A DNA stretch of 64,000 bases from Octopus vulgaris. Taxonomy: Eukaryota. Below are positions 25,314 through 36,943 of this stretch, piece by piece. Made by a program: the position numbers and the translations under genes. The notes under the pieces were generated by a model. The model saw only the letters and a program-made list of their open reading frames with translations. It did not search any database and had not been told where the DNA came from. Location of the stretch: NCBI GenBank assembly GCA_951406725.2, contig OX597823.1, positions 111,042,001-111,106,000 of the forward strand, written 5' to 3'. The stretch's first letter is position 1; each line of letters opens with the position of its first letter.

Positions 25314-25622
25314 GAGGCATAATGGCCCAGTGGTTAGGGCAGCGGACTCGCAGTTGTAGGATCATGGTTTCGATTCTCAGACTGGCCGCTGTGAGTGTTT
25401 ATTGAGCGAAAACACCTAAAGCTCCACAAGGCTCCAGCAAGGGGTGGTGGCGATCCCTGCTGTACTCTTTCGCCGCACGCAACTTTCTCTCACTCTTTCT
25501 CCTGTTGGCCTGCTCGCTTAGCCAGCAGGGTGGCGTCATTTGAAGGCTAAAACAATACGAAGCGCATTGTGACCAGCGATGTGTAGCAACATCTGATAGC
25601 CTGGTTGGTCATAATGATCACC
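25314..25622 (+). mobile_element. tRNA-derived SINE family E1
   Basis: GGAGGCATAATGGCCCAGTGGTTAGGGCAGCGGACTCGC...GGTTTCGATTCTC head; 5' ~180 bp shared with 42002-42308. Confidence 0.8.
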
Positions 25623-25626
25623 GATA

Positions 25627-25695
<69 letters not shown>

Positions 25696-25710
25696 TTATA
25701 TATTTATATA

Positions 25711-25748
<38 letters not shown>

Positions 25749-26399
25749 TACATACATATATACATACATATATATACATACACATGCATACACATATATA
25801 TACACATACATGCAAACACATACACACATACATACATGTCTGACTGATATGTCTGTGTGTCTTCCTATTGTTTCAAAGTATGTTTTGATGCTGTTGTTCA
25901 ACCCCAGATCTGTTCTCCTTGGGCAGACACCCATGATGAAAGAGATTCTGGTGAGGACTAAGTCTTTTTTACAGCATGTGGGAAGCATGTGGGAAGCATG
26001 TGGGAAACATGTGCGAAACATTTTCTATTGTGTTCGTTTCTTATTTAAGACAGAATTAATTAACATGATGGAGATTTGATTGCTATTTCTTTGCTGTAGT
26101 TGTTGGTATTGTTGTTGTTTGTTGTTTACGGTGTTGGTAGGGGGCCTTGTTCTTAGAGATGGTAGTGCTGGTGCTGTTGGTGGTGCTAGTAATGATGGCA
26201 ATTGATAATATCTGGTATTGTTTTTCCAGTTGTGTGGAGTGGCCATGTGTATTGAAAAATCTTGCATTGCAACTATTTGGGGTCAGTTCCAGTTGTACAC
26301 CATAGCACCTTGGATAGGTACACTCTAATATTCTTGTATGGCCTTGAACCAACAAATGGCGTGCGGAGGAATCTGGGGGACAAAACTGTGGAAGCCTGT

Positions 26400-26785
26400 C
26401 TGTGTGGTAAGTAGCTTGTTTACCAACCACATGATACCAGGTTCAGTCCCACTGCGTGGCACCTTGGGCAAGTGTCTTCTACTATAGCCTCAGGCCGACC
26501 AAAGCCTTGTGAATGGATTTGGTAGACGGAAACTGAAAGAAGCCTGTCATATATATGTATATATGTGTGTGTGTGCATGTATGTTTGTGTTTGTTCCCCT
26601 AGCATTGCTTGACAACCGATGCTGGTGTGTTTACATCCCCGTCACTTAGCGGTTTGGCAAAAGAGACCGATAGAATAAGTACTGGGCTTACAAAGAATAA
26701 GTCCTGGGGTCGAGTTGCTCGATTAAAGGTGGTGCTCCAGCATGGCCGCAGTCAAATGACTGAAACAAGTAAAAGAGTAAAGAGT
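26400..26785 (+). mobile_element. SINE family A abutting an older minus-strand relic (26210-26399)
   Basis: Family A match. Confidence 0.88.
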
Positions 26786-27589
26786 ATACTTTATCTAAAA
26801 GCAGCAGAAATTTAACAAAAGCTGTTACTCGGAGATTCACGCTCCCATTCATCGGACAATTTTGTATGTATGTATATATATATATATATACATGTGGTTT
26901 AAAAATACATGCAGTCTATGTAGGTGTCTTTTCAAAAAAACTATCTGTCCTTGTTTGTCCCTTCAATGTTTAGCCCCTTGTGGGTAATAAAGAAACAGAT
27001 ACTCTATTCAATGTCTTAACATCAGTGCTCGAACAAAACATGTGCTATGATGGTCAGAAACAAGAGTTAGAAGAACAAAAGTGCAAGCTGAAACATTTCT
27101 TCCTCTCATTCAAAAATTTCTTCTCATTCATGCAAAAACCTCATCGATTTGAACTATCATAACAAGGTGATGCGGGACATAGAATGCACTTAGGATGGGA
27201 CATAAGAAGTGGGTCGTGGAGCATAGTATTTCGATCATCTTGTGATGGGTGGTACAAAGTCATGTTTAAAAATACTCTCAAGAGAATATAATTTGTACAA
27301 CAATCCTTTATTAATCATGACAGAATGACAGGTCACATTAAAACACTTAGATACAGACCACTGGTTTACATTTCTGCTCTCAATTAATCAGGTGTTAAAA
27401 TAGTTACCTGTTAATGTGGATGGAGTGTGCATAAAATTGTAGTTTATAGTGTCATACATATTGATAGAATACAGATTTCAATTTTATTGTCATTCCTCTA
27501 ATATGCATGAGTGCATTACTTAATGAGCAAAGTAGAAGTGTATGCAAATAAACGTGTGTGTATGTATACAGATATATACATATATTTAT

Positions 27590-27624
<35 letters not shown>

Positions 27625-27693
27625 TACACATATATGAATAAATACACACACATACAAACACTCACTGAGATGTGCTTTATTGAAAATTAATAT

Positions 27694-27793
27694 AGGAGTG
27701 GCTGTGTGGTAAGTAGCTTGCTTACCAACCACATGGTTCCAGGTTCAGTCCCACTGCATGGCACATTGGGCAAGTGTCTTCTACTATAGCCTC
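27694..27793 (+). mobile_element. SINE family A 5' fragment
   Basis: Head region only. Confidence 0.85.
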
Positions 27794-27817
27794 ACACACA
27801 CACACACACATAATATA

Positions 27818-28372
27818 CAGGGTCAGGCAAAATGATTTGACACATTTGTAGGTTAAATAAAAGGCAAATGAAGTAAAGAAACAAAAAAGTGTTTTTATTT
27901 TTCAAAAGTACATATAATGCCATTTTGTTTCATTATGTTTTAAAAATTAAATCAGTCAAATGGGATTCATTATTGTCCACACACTGTCGAAGGCGTTCAC
28001 GAAAGTTGTCAATAACTCGGCGGGTCATTTCATGTGGAATGGCAGTAATTTCTTGACGAATTGCATCTTTAAGTTTTGGCGGTGCGAGGTCGGCCGGTTG
28101 ATTTTCATTTCAATGCAGATCCAGTAGCTCTGAAGTTGGTAACCCATAACAAGATCGTGTTTCGAGCTGGTACGGGATCACGTCTACCAAGATTGAAGTG
28201 CAAATGGAACGCTCTTTGTGTTGCAGTTACAGAATCGTTTGTTTTGATAAACGTTTCCACAATGAAAGTGCGATGCTCACCAGTCCAATTCATGGCAGCA
28301 ACTGAAAAAGAAACGAAAAACAATGCCTCTTATTTAACCTACAAATGTGTCAGATCATTTTGCCTGACCCTA
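27818..28372 (-). mobile_element. Internally deleted Tc1/mariner transposon
   Basis: TA flanks; ~50-bp TIR CAGGGTCAGGCAAAATGATTTGACACATTTGTAGGTTAAATAA. Minus strand gives the N-terminal HTH MNWTGEHRTFIVETF..SVTATQRAF..WVTNFRATGS..TGRPRT joined to the C-terminus LKDAIRQEITAIP..NFRERLRQCVDNNESHL; DDE core deleted. Confidence 0.92.
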
Positions 28373-28380
28373 TATAATGT

Positions 28381-28486
28381 TCTTTTGCTCGTTTGAGTCA
28401 TTTGACTGCATCCATACCGAACCACTGCCTCTGGAACCATGAGGTTGGTTAGCAAGCTATTTACCACACAGCCACTCCTGCGCCTA
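28381..28486 (-). mobile_element. SINE family A, internally deleted
   Basis: Tail and head joined with the middle missing. Confidence 0.75.
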
Positions 28487-28867
28487 TCCAATTTTGCATA
28501 AATTTGTAGATTTGGATGTTGCTGTGCTCCTATTGTTATTGAAACTCATGCATTCCTCTGACTGAGCATACCTATGCTTTAAATTGTCCAAGCTGTGACC
28601 ATCTAACTAATTGTTACCCAATATTTTTTTTTTTACTTCATAGCATATTGAGGATCAAGAATTTTGCCTGGAACTTTTTAAAAACTTTTGCAAAATTTAA
28701 ATATTAAAAAAAATTATGCAACATTGGCTTATTAACTTTGTTTTATTTATCACAAGGTTTTCCCTCATTAGTGGAGATTATTTAAATTCTTTATCAGCCT
28801 ATATTTAAATCATCTGCAGCAAATTCAGAGCCTGGGGGCCTAATCAGATATGCACAGTTATACTTAA

Positions 28868-29601
28868 CCAGTGTCTGGCGCCTCTGTGGCTGCATGGATT
28901 CTGTGGATAAATTGATTTGGTATATCTCCATGGCATGCCCACGAGTGAAGGGGGTCTGGTAATTGTACTTGGAACTTGGCATTGGCTTCTGGAACACAAC
29001 CTAGGAATGGTAGAGGTGGTCAAATCTCTGCAATATCATCAACCATGACGAAAAATAAATAAAAGCCAACCAAAGTAATTCATACTTATAAACATTAATA
29101 AAACACCGGGATATCATATGTGGCGCACCAGGACAGCAGGGCCCTGTGGTCCCATATTAGAGCCCTTAAGAACTTTTGGTTTGGAAATTTTTTTTCAGGC
29201 AGCTACGATATTATCGAATGTGGTCTTTCACTTACTTCATGATAGTAGGGGGTTGAGTTGACTAAAATTTGGTTGCTATTTCTTACCTCTACATAGAAAT
29301 AACTACTGCTTATCTCCATGGCATAGCCTTCACTCATGGACATGCCATGGAGGCACTAGCGTCACTAGTGGGGGTGGGGTGGGGGAGTGGTAGAGGTGGT
29401 CCACTCCGGGCAGTGCTTTTAAAGGGGGTGGCACTTTTGGGTCTGTTGTAGACAATAATATATGATTTTTGTGGGGTCCAGTGGGAGCAAACAGAGGGCC
29501 CACACTGGGTGGCACACACTCTAGCTGTGCTAGTGCATGGAGATGTGCCAAATCAATTTATCCAGAGCATCCTAGCAGCCACAAAGTAAACCAGATACTC
29601 G
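28868..29601. mobile_element. Old non-autonomous TIR element with ~85-bp imperfect TIRs
   Basis: Left arm AGTGTCTGG..TGTGGCTGC..TGGATAAATTGATTTGGTATATCTCCATGGCATGCCCACGAGTGAAGG is the reverse complement of 29327-29599 once the nested MITE is removed. Right end CTCG|TA. Confidence 0.7.
29354..29535. mobile_element. hAT-type MITE nested in the right TIR of the preceding element
   Basis: TIRs CACTAGCGTCACTAG / CTAGCTGTGCTAGTG; 8-bp TSD CATGGAGG / CATGGAGA. Confidence 0.75.
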
Positions 29602-29677
29602 TATGTTATGGGTTTCATCATCATTTTGTTTTGGCACATGTTTTAATTGCTTGAGTGTCGAGTGTACATGTGTTATT

Positions 29678-30238
29678 ATCATCATCATCGTTTAACGTCC
29701 GCTTTCCATGCTAGCATGGGTTGGACGAATGACTGAGGGCTGGCGAACCAAATGGCTGCACCAGGCTTCAATCTTGATCTGGCAGAGTTTCTACAGCTGG
29801 ATGCCCTTCCTAATGCCAACCACTCCGAGAGTGTAGTGGGTGCTTTTATGCGCCACCGGCATGGGGCCAGTCAGGCAGCACTGGCAATGACCTCGCTCTC
29901 ATCTTTTACACATGCCACCAGCACAGGTGCCAGTAAGGCGATGCTGGTAACGATCATGCTCAAATGGTGTCTTTTACGTGCCACCAGCACAGAGGCCAGA
30001 TAGCCACTCTAGCAATGATCACTCTCGGATGGTGCTCTTAATACCCTACTAGCACGGGGCTTGATTGCCAGTAAGGCTACGCTAGTAATGATCACGCTCG
30101 AATGGTATCTTTTAAGTGCCACTGGCACAGAAGCCAGTTAGCCACTCTGTCAATGATCACACTTGTATGGTGCTCTTTGCACCCTGCTCACGGACGCCAG
30201 TCATCGAATTTGATTTTGATTTTGATTTTGATTTGATT
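29678..30238 (-). mobile_element. Family F retroelement with internal ~62-66-bp minisatellite
   Basis: CATCGTTTAACGTCCGCTTTCCATGCTAGCATGGGTTGGACG tail plus tandem GCCAG..GATCA..ATGGTG units. Confidence 0.82.
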
Positions 30239-30621
30239 ATATATAGTAATTGTAATGAAGTTAGCAAATATATTGTGGATATTTGAATTTATATGTATGT
30301 GTATACTGGAGACACATAAGAGCTACATATGTCTGGTGTCTCTGTAGCAACTGTGATTCGTTGCTATCTTAAGTTTTATGTTCTACAGAAATAGAGACTC
30401 TTTCTGTTTCTGTGAAATGACACTTTATTGTATTTCATCTGATGATGTTCAAAATTGCTTTCTATAGAAGTAGAACACACACATATATGTATAATGTATA
30501 TATACATATATCATATCTATATATCTATATGTGTGTGTATACATATATGTATATCTGTGTGTATGTATGAATGAATGATATCTATCTATATACACATGCA
30601 CGCACATACACACACAAACAC

Positions 30622-30654
<33 letters not shown>

Positions 30655-31058
30655 TACACACACACACACACACACACATGCACACATTTGGATTTTCCAG
30701 TGAGAAATATACATACATAGATATTCACAGATGACACATATTAATATGTGTCATTTTACAAAAATAAAACAAAATATTAACAAAAAAGTGAAAAAGTGAT
30801 GAGATAAGAGAAATTCACTGATAATAAAATAACTAAATATATTTTTATTTTTCTTGTGATGAGGAAAATATTCTACAAAGCTAATGTTTCCAAAATGAGG
30901 GTCTCTGGTGTTAAGTGCCATGCATATTTAATATGTCCTTTTACACAAACACACAGTTCATGAATATAGGATGACAGAAAAGGAGACACCGAAGCACACA
31001 GCTTCGATAAATATTTTATAACTTTTTATGACACAATTGATCAGAATTTAACTTTATG

Positions 31059-31091
<33 letters not shown>

Positions 31092-31132
31092 ATCTATCTA
31101 TCTATCTACTATAAAGTAATCTCTCTCTCCCC

Positions 31133-31173
<41 letters not shown>

Positions 31174-31244
31174 CATACACATACATACATATATATAGAG
31201 ACAGATAGATAGATAGAATTTAACTTTACGTTTATCTATCAATT

Positions 31245-31344
<100 letters not shown>

Positions 31345-31499
31345 TACATATATATACATATATATATATATACATATATATATACATATACATATATATA
31401 CATATATATATACATATACATATATATACATATATATATATAAACATATACATATATATACATACATATACATATACATACATATGTATATACACATAC

Positions 31500-31530
<31 letters not shown>

Positions 31531-31799
31531 GATAGATAGATAGATAGATAAAGATAGATAGATAGATAGATAGATATATGAGTGCATGCACACATACACA
31601 CGTACTTTTTTGATATAGGTGAACTACATCATATATACATCTATATGCATGATATACATCACACATATATAATGTTATCATCTCAGATTTATGCTTCTAT
31701 GAATATTATGCATATACATACTGGAGATGTTTTCTTCTATGCAGCATCTCACCACTGGTTGCTTTTTTGGGGCAACAACTTCTAGAAAATCTACATCCT

Positions 31800-31955
31800 G
31801 GGACCAGATTTCAGTGCCTCTTCCTGTGACTACCACCACAAGCATCCTTTTCAATAACTACCATCTATTCTGATTGCCAGGTACTTCTTTACTTAACCAT
31901 CATCCTTTGTACATGTCGTATGACTAAACCAGTACAAGCTTCTCTTCTGCATACA
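31800..31955 (-). pseudogene. Highly degenerate RTE LINE RT C-terminal remnant
   Basis: Minus strand MQKRSLYWFSHTTC..VKKY resembles the RTE motif RRLRWFGHV..VKKC. Confidence 0.4.
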
Positions 31956-31974
31956 TGGGCTTTCTTTCATGCTC

Positions 31975-32830
31975 AGCATATAAATCTCTTGAAAACTGTA
32001 CAGAAACGTGCAACAAAATGAATACCCTCTGTCAGACACCTACCATACTCTGAACGTCTTGTTTCCCTGGGCATAGATACATTGAAACTCAGACATCTGG
32101 CAACCGACTTGGTAGACACCAACAAGATTATCGACCATCTTTCCAACAACAACCTTGGGCACCTTTTTGAATTCCATATGACAAACACTCGCGGACATGC
32201 TAATAAAATCAAAAAATAACACAGCACCCATGACTTTTGGAAACATTTTTTGCATGCTCAGAATTGCTGAAACATGGAATAGACTACCCACATCAGTTGT
32301 TAGCTGTTGAGACACTACATCCTTCAAAACTTGCATGCTTCCTGAAATCCACCAACAGTACACCTGATGGCCGTTTTCTTTGTGCACCTACTCTTTTACT
32401 CTTTTACTTGTTTCAGTCATTTGACTGAGGCCATGCTGGAGCACCACCTTTAGTCAAGCAAATCGACCCTGGGACTTATTCTTTGTAAGCCTAGTACTTA
32501 TTCTATCAGTCTCTTTTGCTGAACCACTAAGTTACGGGGACGTAAATACACCAGCATCGGTTGTCAAGTGATGTTGGGGGGACAAACACAGACACACAAA
32601 CATATACACATATGTACATATATATATATATAATATATATATACATATATACAACAGGCTTCTTTCAGTTTCCGTCTACCAAAACCACTCACAAGGCTTT
32701 GGTTGGCCCGAGGCTATATTAGAAGGTGCCATGCAGTGGGACTGAACCCGGGACCATGTGGTTGATAAGAAAGCTACTTACCACACAGCCACTCTTGAGC
32801 ATTGTATACAACAATTTCCTTCATTATATC
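31975..32830 (+). mobile_element. CR1-clade LINE 3' end interrupted by a family A SINE
   Basis: INLLKTVQKRATK*IPSVRHLPYSERLVSLGIDTLKLR..TRGH..FF..WNRLP..VV..SFK. Terminal GTGCACCT|GAGCATTGTATACA is split by the SINE (compare the intact end at 50011-50045). Confidence 0.88.
32390..32795 (-). mobile_element. SINE family A inserted in the CR1 tail
   Basis: Reverse-complement match to family A. Confidence 0.88.
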
Positions 32831-33459
32831 ATAATCAGATTAATTTTCTTCTCTCACTCCAGTTCTGTCCTGGGATTTTCCAATCTAACATTGCATACCC
32901 AGCAGAGTGTGCTCACCTCATTTCTTTCCAGCCTCCAAACATCTCCCACATTCAATCCATATATTCTACACCAAATAATATCATTCGCATACTCCCTACA
33001 ATCTACCCTGCCTGCAAAGAGAGAATCTTTTTGTAGTCAGCAGAAACCATTTCATTCTTACCATGGCTACTCTTCTATCAGAACTCACACTGATTTGGTT
33101 ACTTATGTACCAGAATCTGTTAATTACTTCCAGAAAGCTTTCCATGAATTCAATCATTTTCAGCATGCCTAGGAGTCCACCATACTTCTTGCCAATCATA
33201 GTTTACATTAGGCATGCCTTATGGCAGTTCTAAGAATTTCTTTCCAGCATAAAGAGTATAGTCACTTTCCCATTTGGCAATATAGAACTGTCTTCTTTTC
33301 TGCTAAACACAACCTCTATCTTTGCTAGGTTTCACTCTGTTACTAAATTTGGAATTTTTCTCTAAATTCTGTGGCTGATTCAATTATAGGAAGTAGGTGA
33401 GTAGCATGCAGTAGTTCTTACAGACAACCGATCTTGAACTCTTCTTTAATGGTCTCTGT

Positions 33460-33765
33460 AAGGGTAAAGACCACCTTCGGTCATGAATGACCATGGGATT
33501 GCACCGAGAAAATTCCCCTCTGAGGCCCAAATCTCGGCAAGGTTGTCTATGGAAGTCCAGAAGTCACCAATACATACCAGCCTCCCCTCTTTATATCACT
33601 GATGTTATCCAAGATGTTATCCAAAGGTTGGTACAGCTTGCCACCCGTGATTTCGCAACTCATTTCTACAGATGAGCAAATTAGAATAATGTGAAAACAA
33701 GTATCTTGCTCAAGAACACAACACACAGCCTGGTCTAGGAATCGAACTCTCTACCTCACAACTGC
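33460..33765 (-). mobile_element. tRNA-derived SINE family D with an alternative tail
   Basis: Core TCTTGCTCAAGAACACAACACACAGCCTGGTCTAGGAATCGAACTC is shared with 12787-13102; tail GGTAAAGACC..GGTCATGAATGACCATGGG differs. Confidence 0.7.
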
Positions 33766-34679
33766 ATCTTCTTTAAACACTGATATGTCCCAGTGGTGAT
33801 ATTGTCCAAACCCTCGTCTCCACTGTTATGTCCCACCTTATGACGATGTATTTCGTCATCTCTACGAGACTGGTCCGAACGGCATACCTTCGCCAACCAC
33901 CTCTACTGACTGGGTCATTCCACTGTTTATTAGTAATGGACCAGCCCACTTCTCACCTGGGGTCATCTGCCACAACAATCACTAAATTCATTACTAAACT
34001 CATTGGCAACTCTCACCTTGCAAATTGTTTGAGGTCCTTTTAAGATCCTTCTCTGAGTACAGAGACTTGCTTATAAGGTAAGATGTCCTTAGCTAAATAT
34101 GTTCTTATTGAGAACAAGGTGTCAGCATTACCTATTGAGCTGCTTCTCTTCTTAATTTGTCATGTTTCAATATTTTCTTTCTTTTTTTTTTTGTTATTTA
34201 TGTAACTTTATCCATTTATTTGAGGCCTGTGTAGCTACTCCTTTTCTGGATTATCTTCTGTGACCTTGAGTTGTTAATCTTGATACAGTTACATCAAACA
34301 CTGTGACTGACACTTCCCTGTATTATTTGTTTTATAACTCAATTAACAAGTCTGTAAATTACTTAACAACATATTTTCTGTATTTCAGCAAAAATCTCCT
34401 GATATTCTTATAACTTTCTTTTCAAATATATCACTGCCAACATTGATTACTGGTCACAACTAATTTGAATAGTTCCTTTCTTTCTAAACTTGCTCCATCC
34501 ACAGATCTACTCTCACCTCACAGTGGATTATCTCATAGTAATTTTCAGTTTACATTATTTACGTTATTTACATTCGACAGATACTTGTCCTCAACTTGTT
34601 TGTTGTTAACACGGTTCATTACTTAGAAAAATAACCAGAGATGATGATAGAAAGAGAATCCAACAAGATCTGGGAAAAA

Positions 34680-35046
34680 AACCACCAATGGAAGAGAATA
34701 TGACCAAAGACTGTGTGTACTCCATTCCATGCAGCTGTGGTAGGTTACAACAAAGGTGGAACATGCCACCCCCTCAAAATAAGGGTAGATGAACATCGCA
34801 AAGCTGTGATGCGAGGAGATATTGATAAATCGGGTATAGCTGATCCATGTATGGAAAAATGGAGACCAGCTCCCCCTGTGGGATGAAGTTAAAATAATAG
34901 ACAGAGAACACCACTGGAAAATACGAAAACTAAAAGAAGCAGCACATATGCTAGGACACAACAACCTCCTAAGCAGACCAAGTGCAGATATGAGCAGGAT
35001 ATGGGAACCAGTATTAAGGAAGGCTAGAAAAATATTAGACTTATAA
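34680..35046 (+). pseudogene. Penelope GIY-YIG endonuclease domain, frameshifted
   Basis: PPMEENMTKDCVYSIPCSCGR../KGGTCHPLKIRVDEHRKAVMRGDIDKSGIAD/HVWKNGDQLPLWDEVKIIDREHHWKIRKLKEAAHMLGHNNLLSRPS..WEPVLRK. Confidence 0.9.
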
Positions 35047-35075
35047 GCCCTAAAATTCACTCCATAACTGCCCAT

Positions 35076-35133
35076 GGGCATATGGCGTAGTGGTTAAGAG
35101 TGCGGGCTACTAACCCCAAGATTCCAAGTTCAA
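35076..35133 (+). promoter_or_regulatory. tRNA-derived Pol III promoter-like head (A and B boxes)
   Basis: TGGCGTAGTGGTTAA A box, GGG-CTACTAA-CCC anticodon-like arm, AAGTTCAAT B-box-like; not a complete tRNA. Confidence 0.7.
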
Positions 35134-35135
35134 TG

Positions 35136-35174
<39 letters not shown>

Positions 35175-35221
35175 TCAAAAAATACCCTAGGAATGAGAAC
35201 CCAGGTTCGAAATTTCCCCAA

Positions 35222-35267
35222 GACACCTGAAGAAGGCTGGAGGGTATATCAGCTGAAACGTTGTGTT
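35222..35267 (+). ncRNA. Minimal type I hammerhead ribozyme motif
   Basis: GACAC-CUGAAGA-A-GGCUGG..UCAGCU-GAAAC-GUU/GUGUU; the stem II closing pair is G-U in this copy. Confidence 0.7.
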
Positions 35268-35654
35268 GATAACAAACAAGATGAGGACAAATATCCGTCA
35301 AATGTAAATAATGTAAATAATTCCCCATCTCTTTAATACAGAACTGGAATTCTCAATTGTTCTCCAAGCAATAAATTCTTATCACTTCTGCCTCCTCGTT
35401 ATACCCATCATCTCACTCATCTTTAAAGCTTCCTGTTCCAAGTTATCTTGTGTCTCTGAGTCCTTCTAGCTCTTATCTTTGGGTCACTAATCAGTATGCT
35501 GAGAGAAACATTCTTTACTCTAAAATAAACTAATATTTTGCAGCCAGATTTTTATCCGATTTTCTAGTGAGAAAGAAATCTGTCTAGCTTGTGTCTTCAC
35601 CAGATTGAAAGGTAATGTCAGGTGACAAACTAGCTGTCTGAACTCAGAGATGCA

Positions 35655-35915
35655 CATCCTCCTCCACCTCCTCCTCCTCCTCCTCCTTCTCCTCCTCCTC
35701 CTCCTCATCATCATCATTATCATCATCATCATCGTCATCATCATCGTCATCATCATCATCATCGTCGTCATCATCATTTAACGTACGCTTTCCATTTGAC
35801 TGAGGGCTGGTGAACCAGATGGCTGCACCAGGCTCCAATCTTGATGTGCCCTTCCTAACGCCAACCACTCTGAGAGTGTAGTGGGTGCTTCTATGCTACC
35901 ACCGACGGTACTGGC
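35655..35915 (-). mobile_element. Family F tail fragment with expanded (GAT)n(GAG)n tail
   Basis: TTTAACGTACGCTTTCCAT..GACTGAGGGCTGGTGAACCAGATGGCTGCACCAGG. Confidence 0.75.
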
Positions 35916-36161
35916 TCATGTTTTGATAATTAGTTTCACACGGTTACAAGAAACATTTTATTTCTTGTACATATCCATTACCTCTATGCACCTTCAGAGT
36001 TACTAGTATAGCATTGCCCAAACTTCCTGTTTAAGTCAGAGGTTCTTGTCTGTTATTAACGGTATTTTGCAGGAGAAAATCTCAGAATAGGTTCTTTTGT
36101 TTATTTGGGTTGTCCATAGTTAGTCTAAGTTAATTTTTCTGTCACAAATACTGACAGTATT

Positions 36162-36388
36162 ACTCTTTACTCTTTACTCTTTTACTTGTTTCAGTCATTT
36201 GACTGTGGCCAAGCTGGAGCACCGCCTTTAGTCGAGCAAATCGACCCCAGGACTTATTCTTTGTAAGCCTGGTACTTATTCTATCAGTCTCTTTTACCGA
36301 ACTGCTAAGTTACGGGGATGTAAACACACCAGTATCGGTTGTCAAGCAATGCTAGGGGGACAAACACAGACACACAAACATATACACG

Positions 36389-36424
<36 letters not shown>

Positions 36425-36433
36425 AAGCCCTTC

Positions 36434-36477
<44 letters not shown>

Positions 36478-36641
36478 GAAGGGCTTCTTTCAGTTTCTGT
36501 CTACCAAATCCACTCACAAGGCTTTGGTCGAACCGAGGCTATAGTAGATGACACTTACCTAAAGTTGCCACACAGTGGGATTGAACCCGGACCCATGTGG
36601 TTCGTAAGCAAGCTACTTACCACACAGCCACTCCTACGCCT
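36162..36641 (-). mobile_element. SINE family A with an internal 68-bp perfect palindrome
   Basis: Family A match; 36422-36489 is self-complementary. Confidence 0.88.
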
Positions 36642-36943
36642 ATTTACTTTACCCAACAATCGAGATACTCTGCTTTCTCCAATACTGTTTCCAGTCAAGA
36701 AAAAGTTGTATCACAGTTTCTTATTCGCAGCAATTCAGCTGGGTTTCCACTCAATCTCACTACACATACTGCAAACATTTGCACTACTTCTGTTCTAGAA
36801 TCTCTAAGACCTAGTATCAATGTTAATGTTAGTTGCATGGAAACTTTATTAAAGAAAGAAGGGGATTTCTAACGTGTAGTGTGATGGATGAAGAGGACAA
36901 CAGAAAAAGAAGCAACGGGAGAAAGAAATACAAAAGTCCTTAC

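Larger units (their letters stand above)
34550..35321 (+). mobile_element. 5'-truncated Penelope-like element with 3' terminal repeat and inverted partial repeat at the 5' end
   Basis: 34550-34612 is the reverse complement of 35263-35321; a GIY-YIG remnant lies between. The 3' repeat is a tRNA-like head, (AAT)n and a hammerhead. Confidence 0.88.

Noticed and set aside
35076-35140. Functional tRNA gene (also the heads at 25314 and 42002)
   Set aside because: Acceptor and T stems are incomplete; these are tRNA-derived repeat heads.
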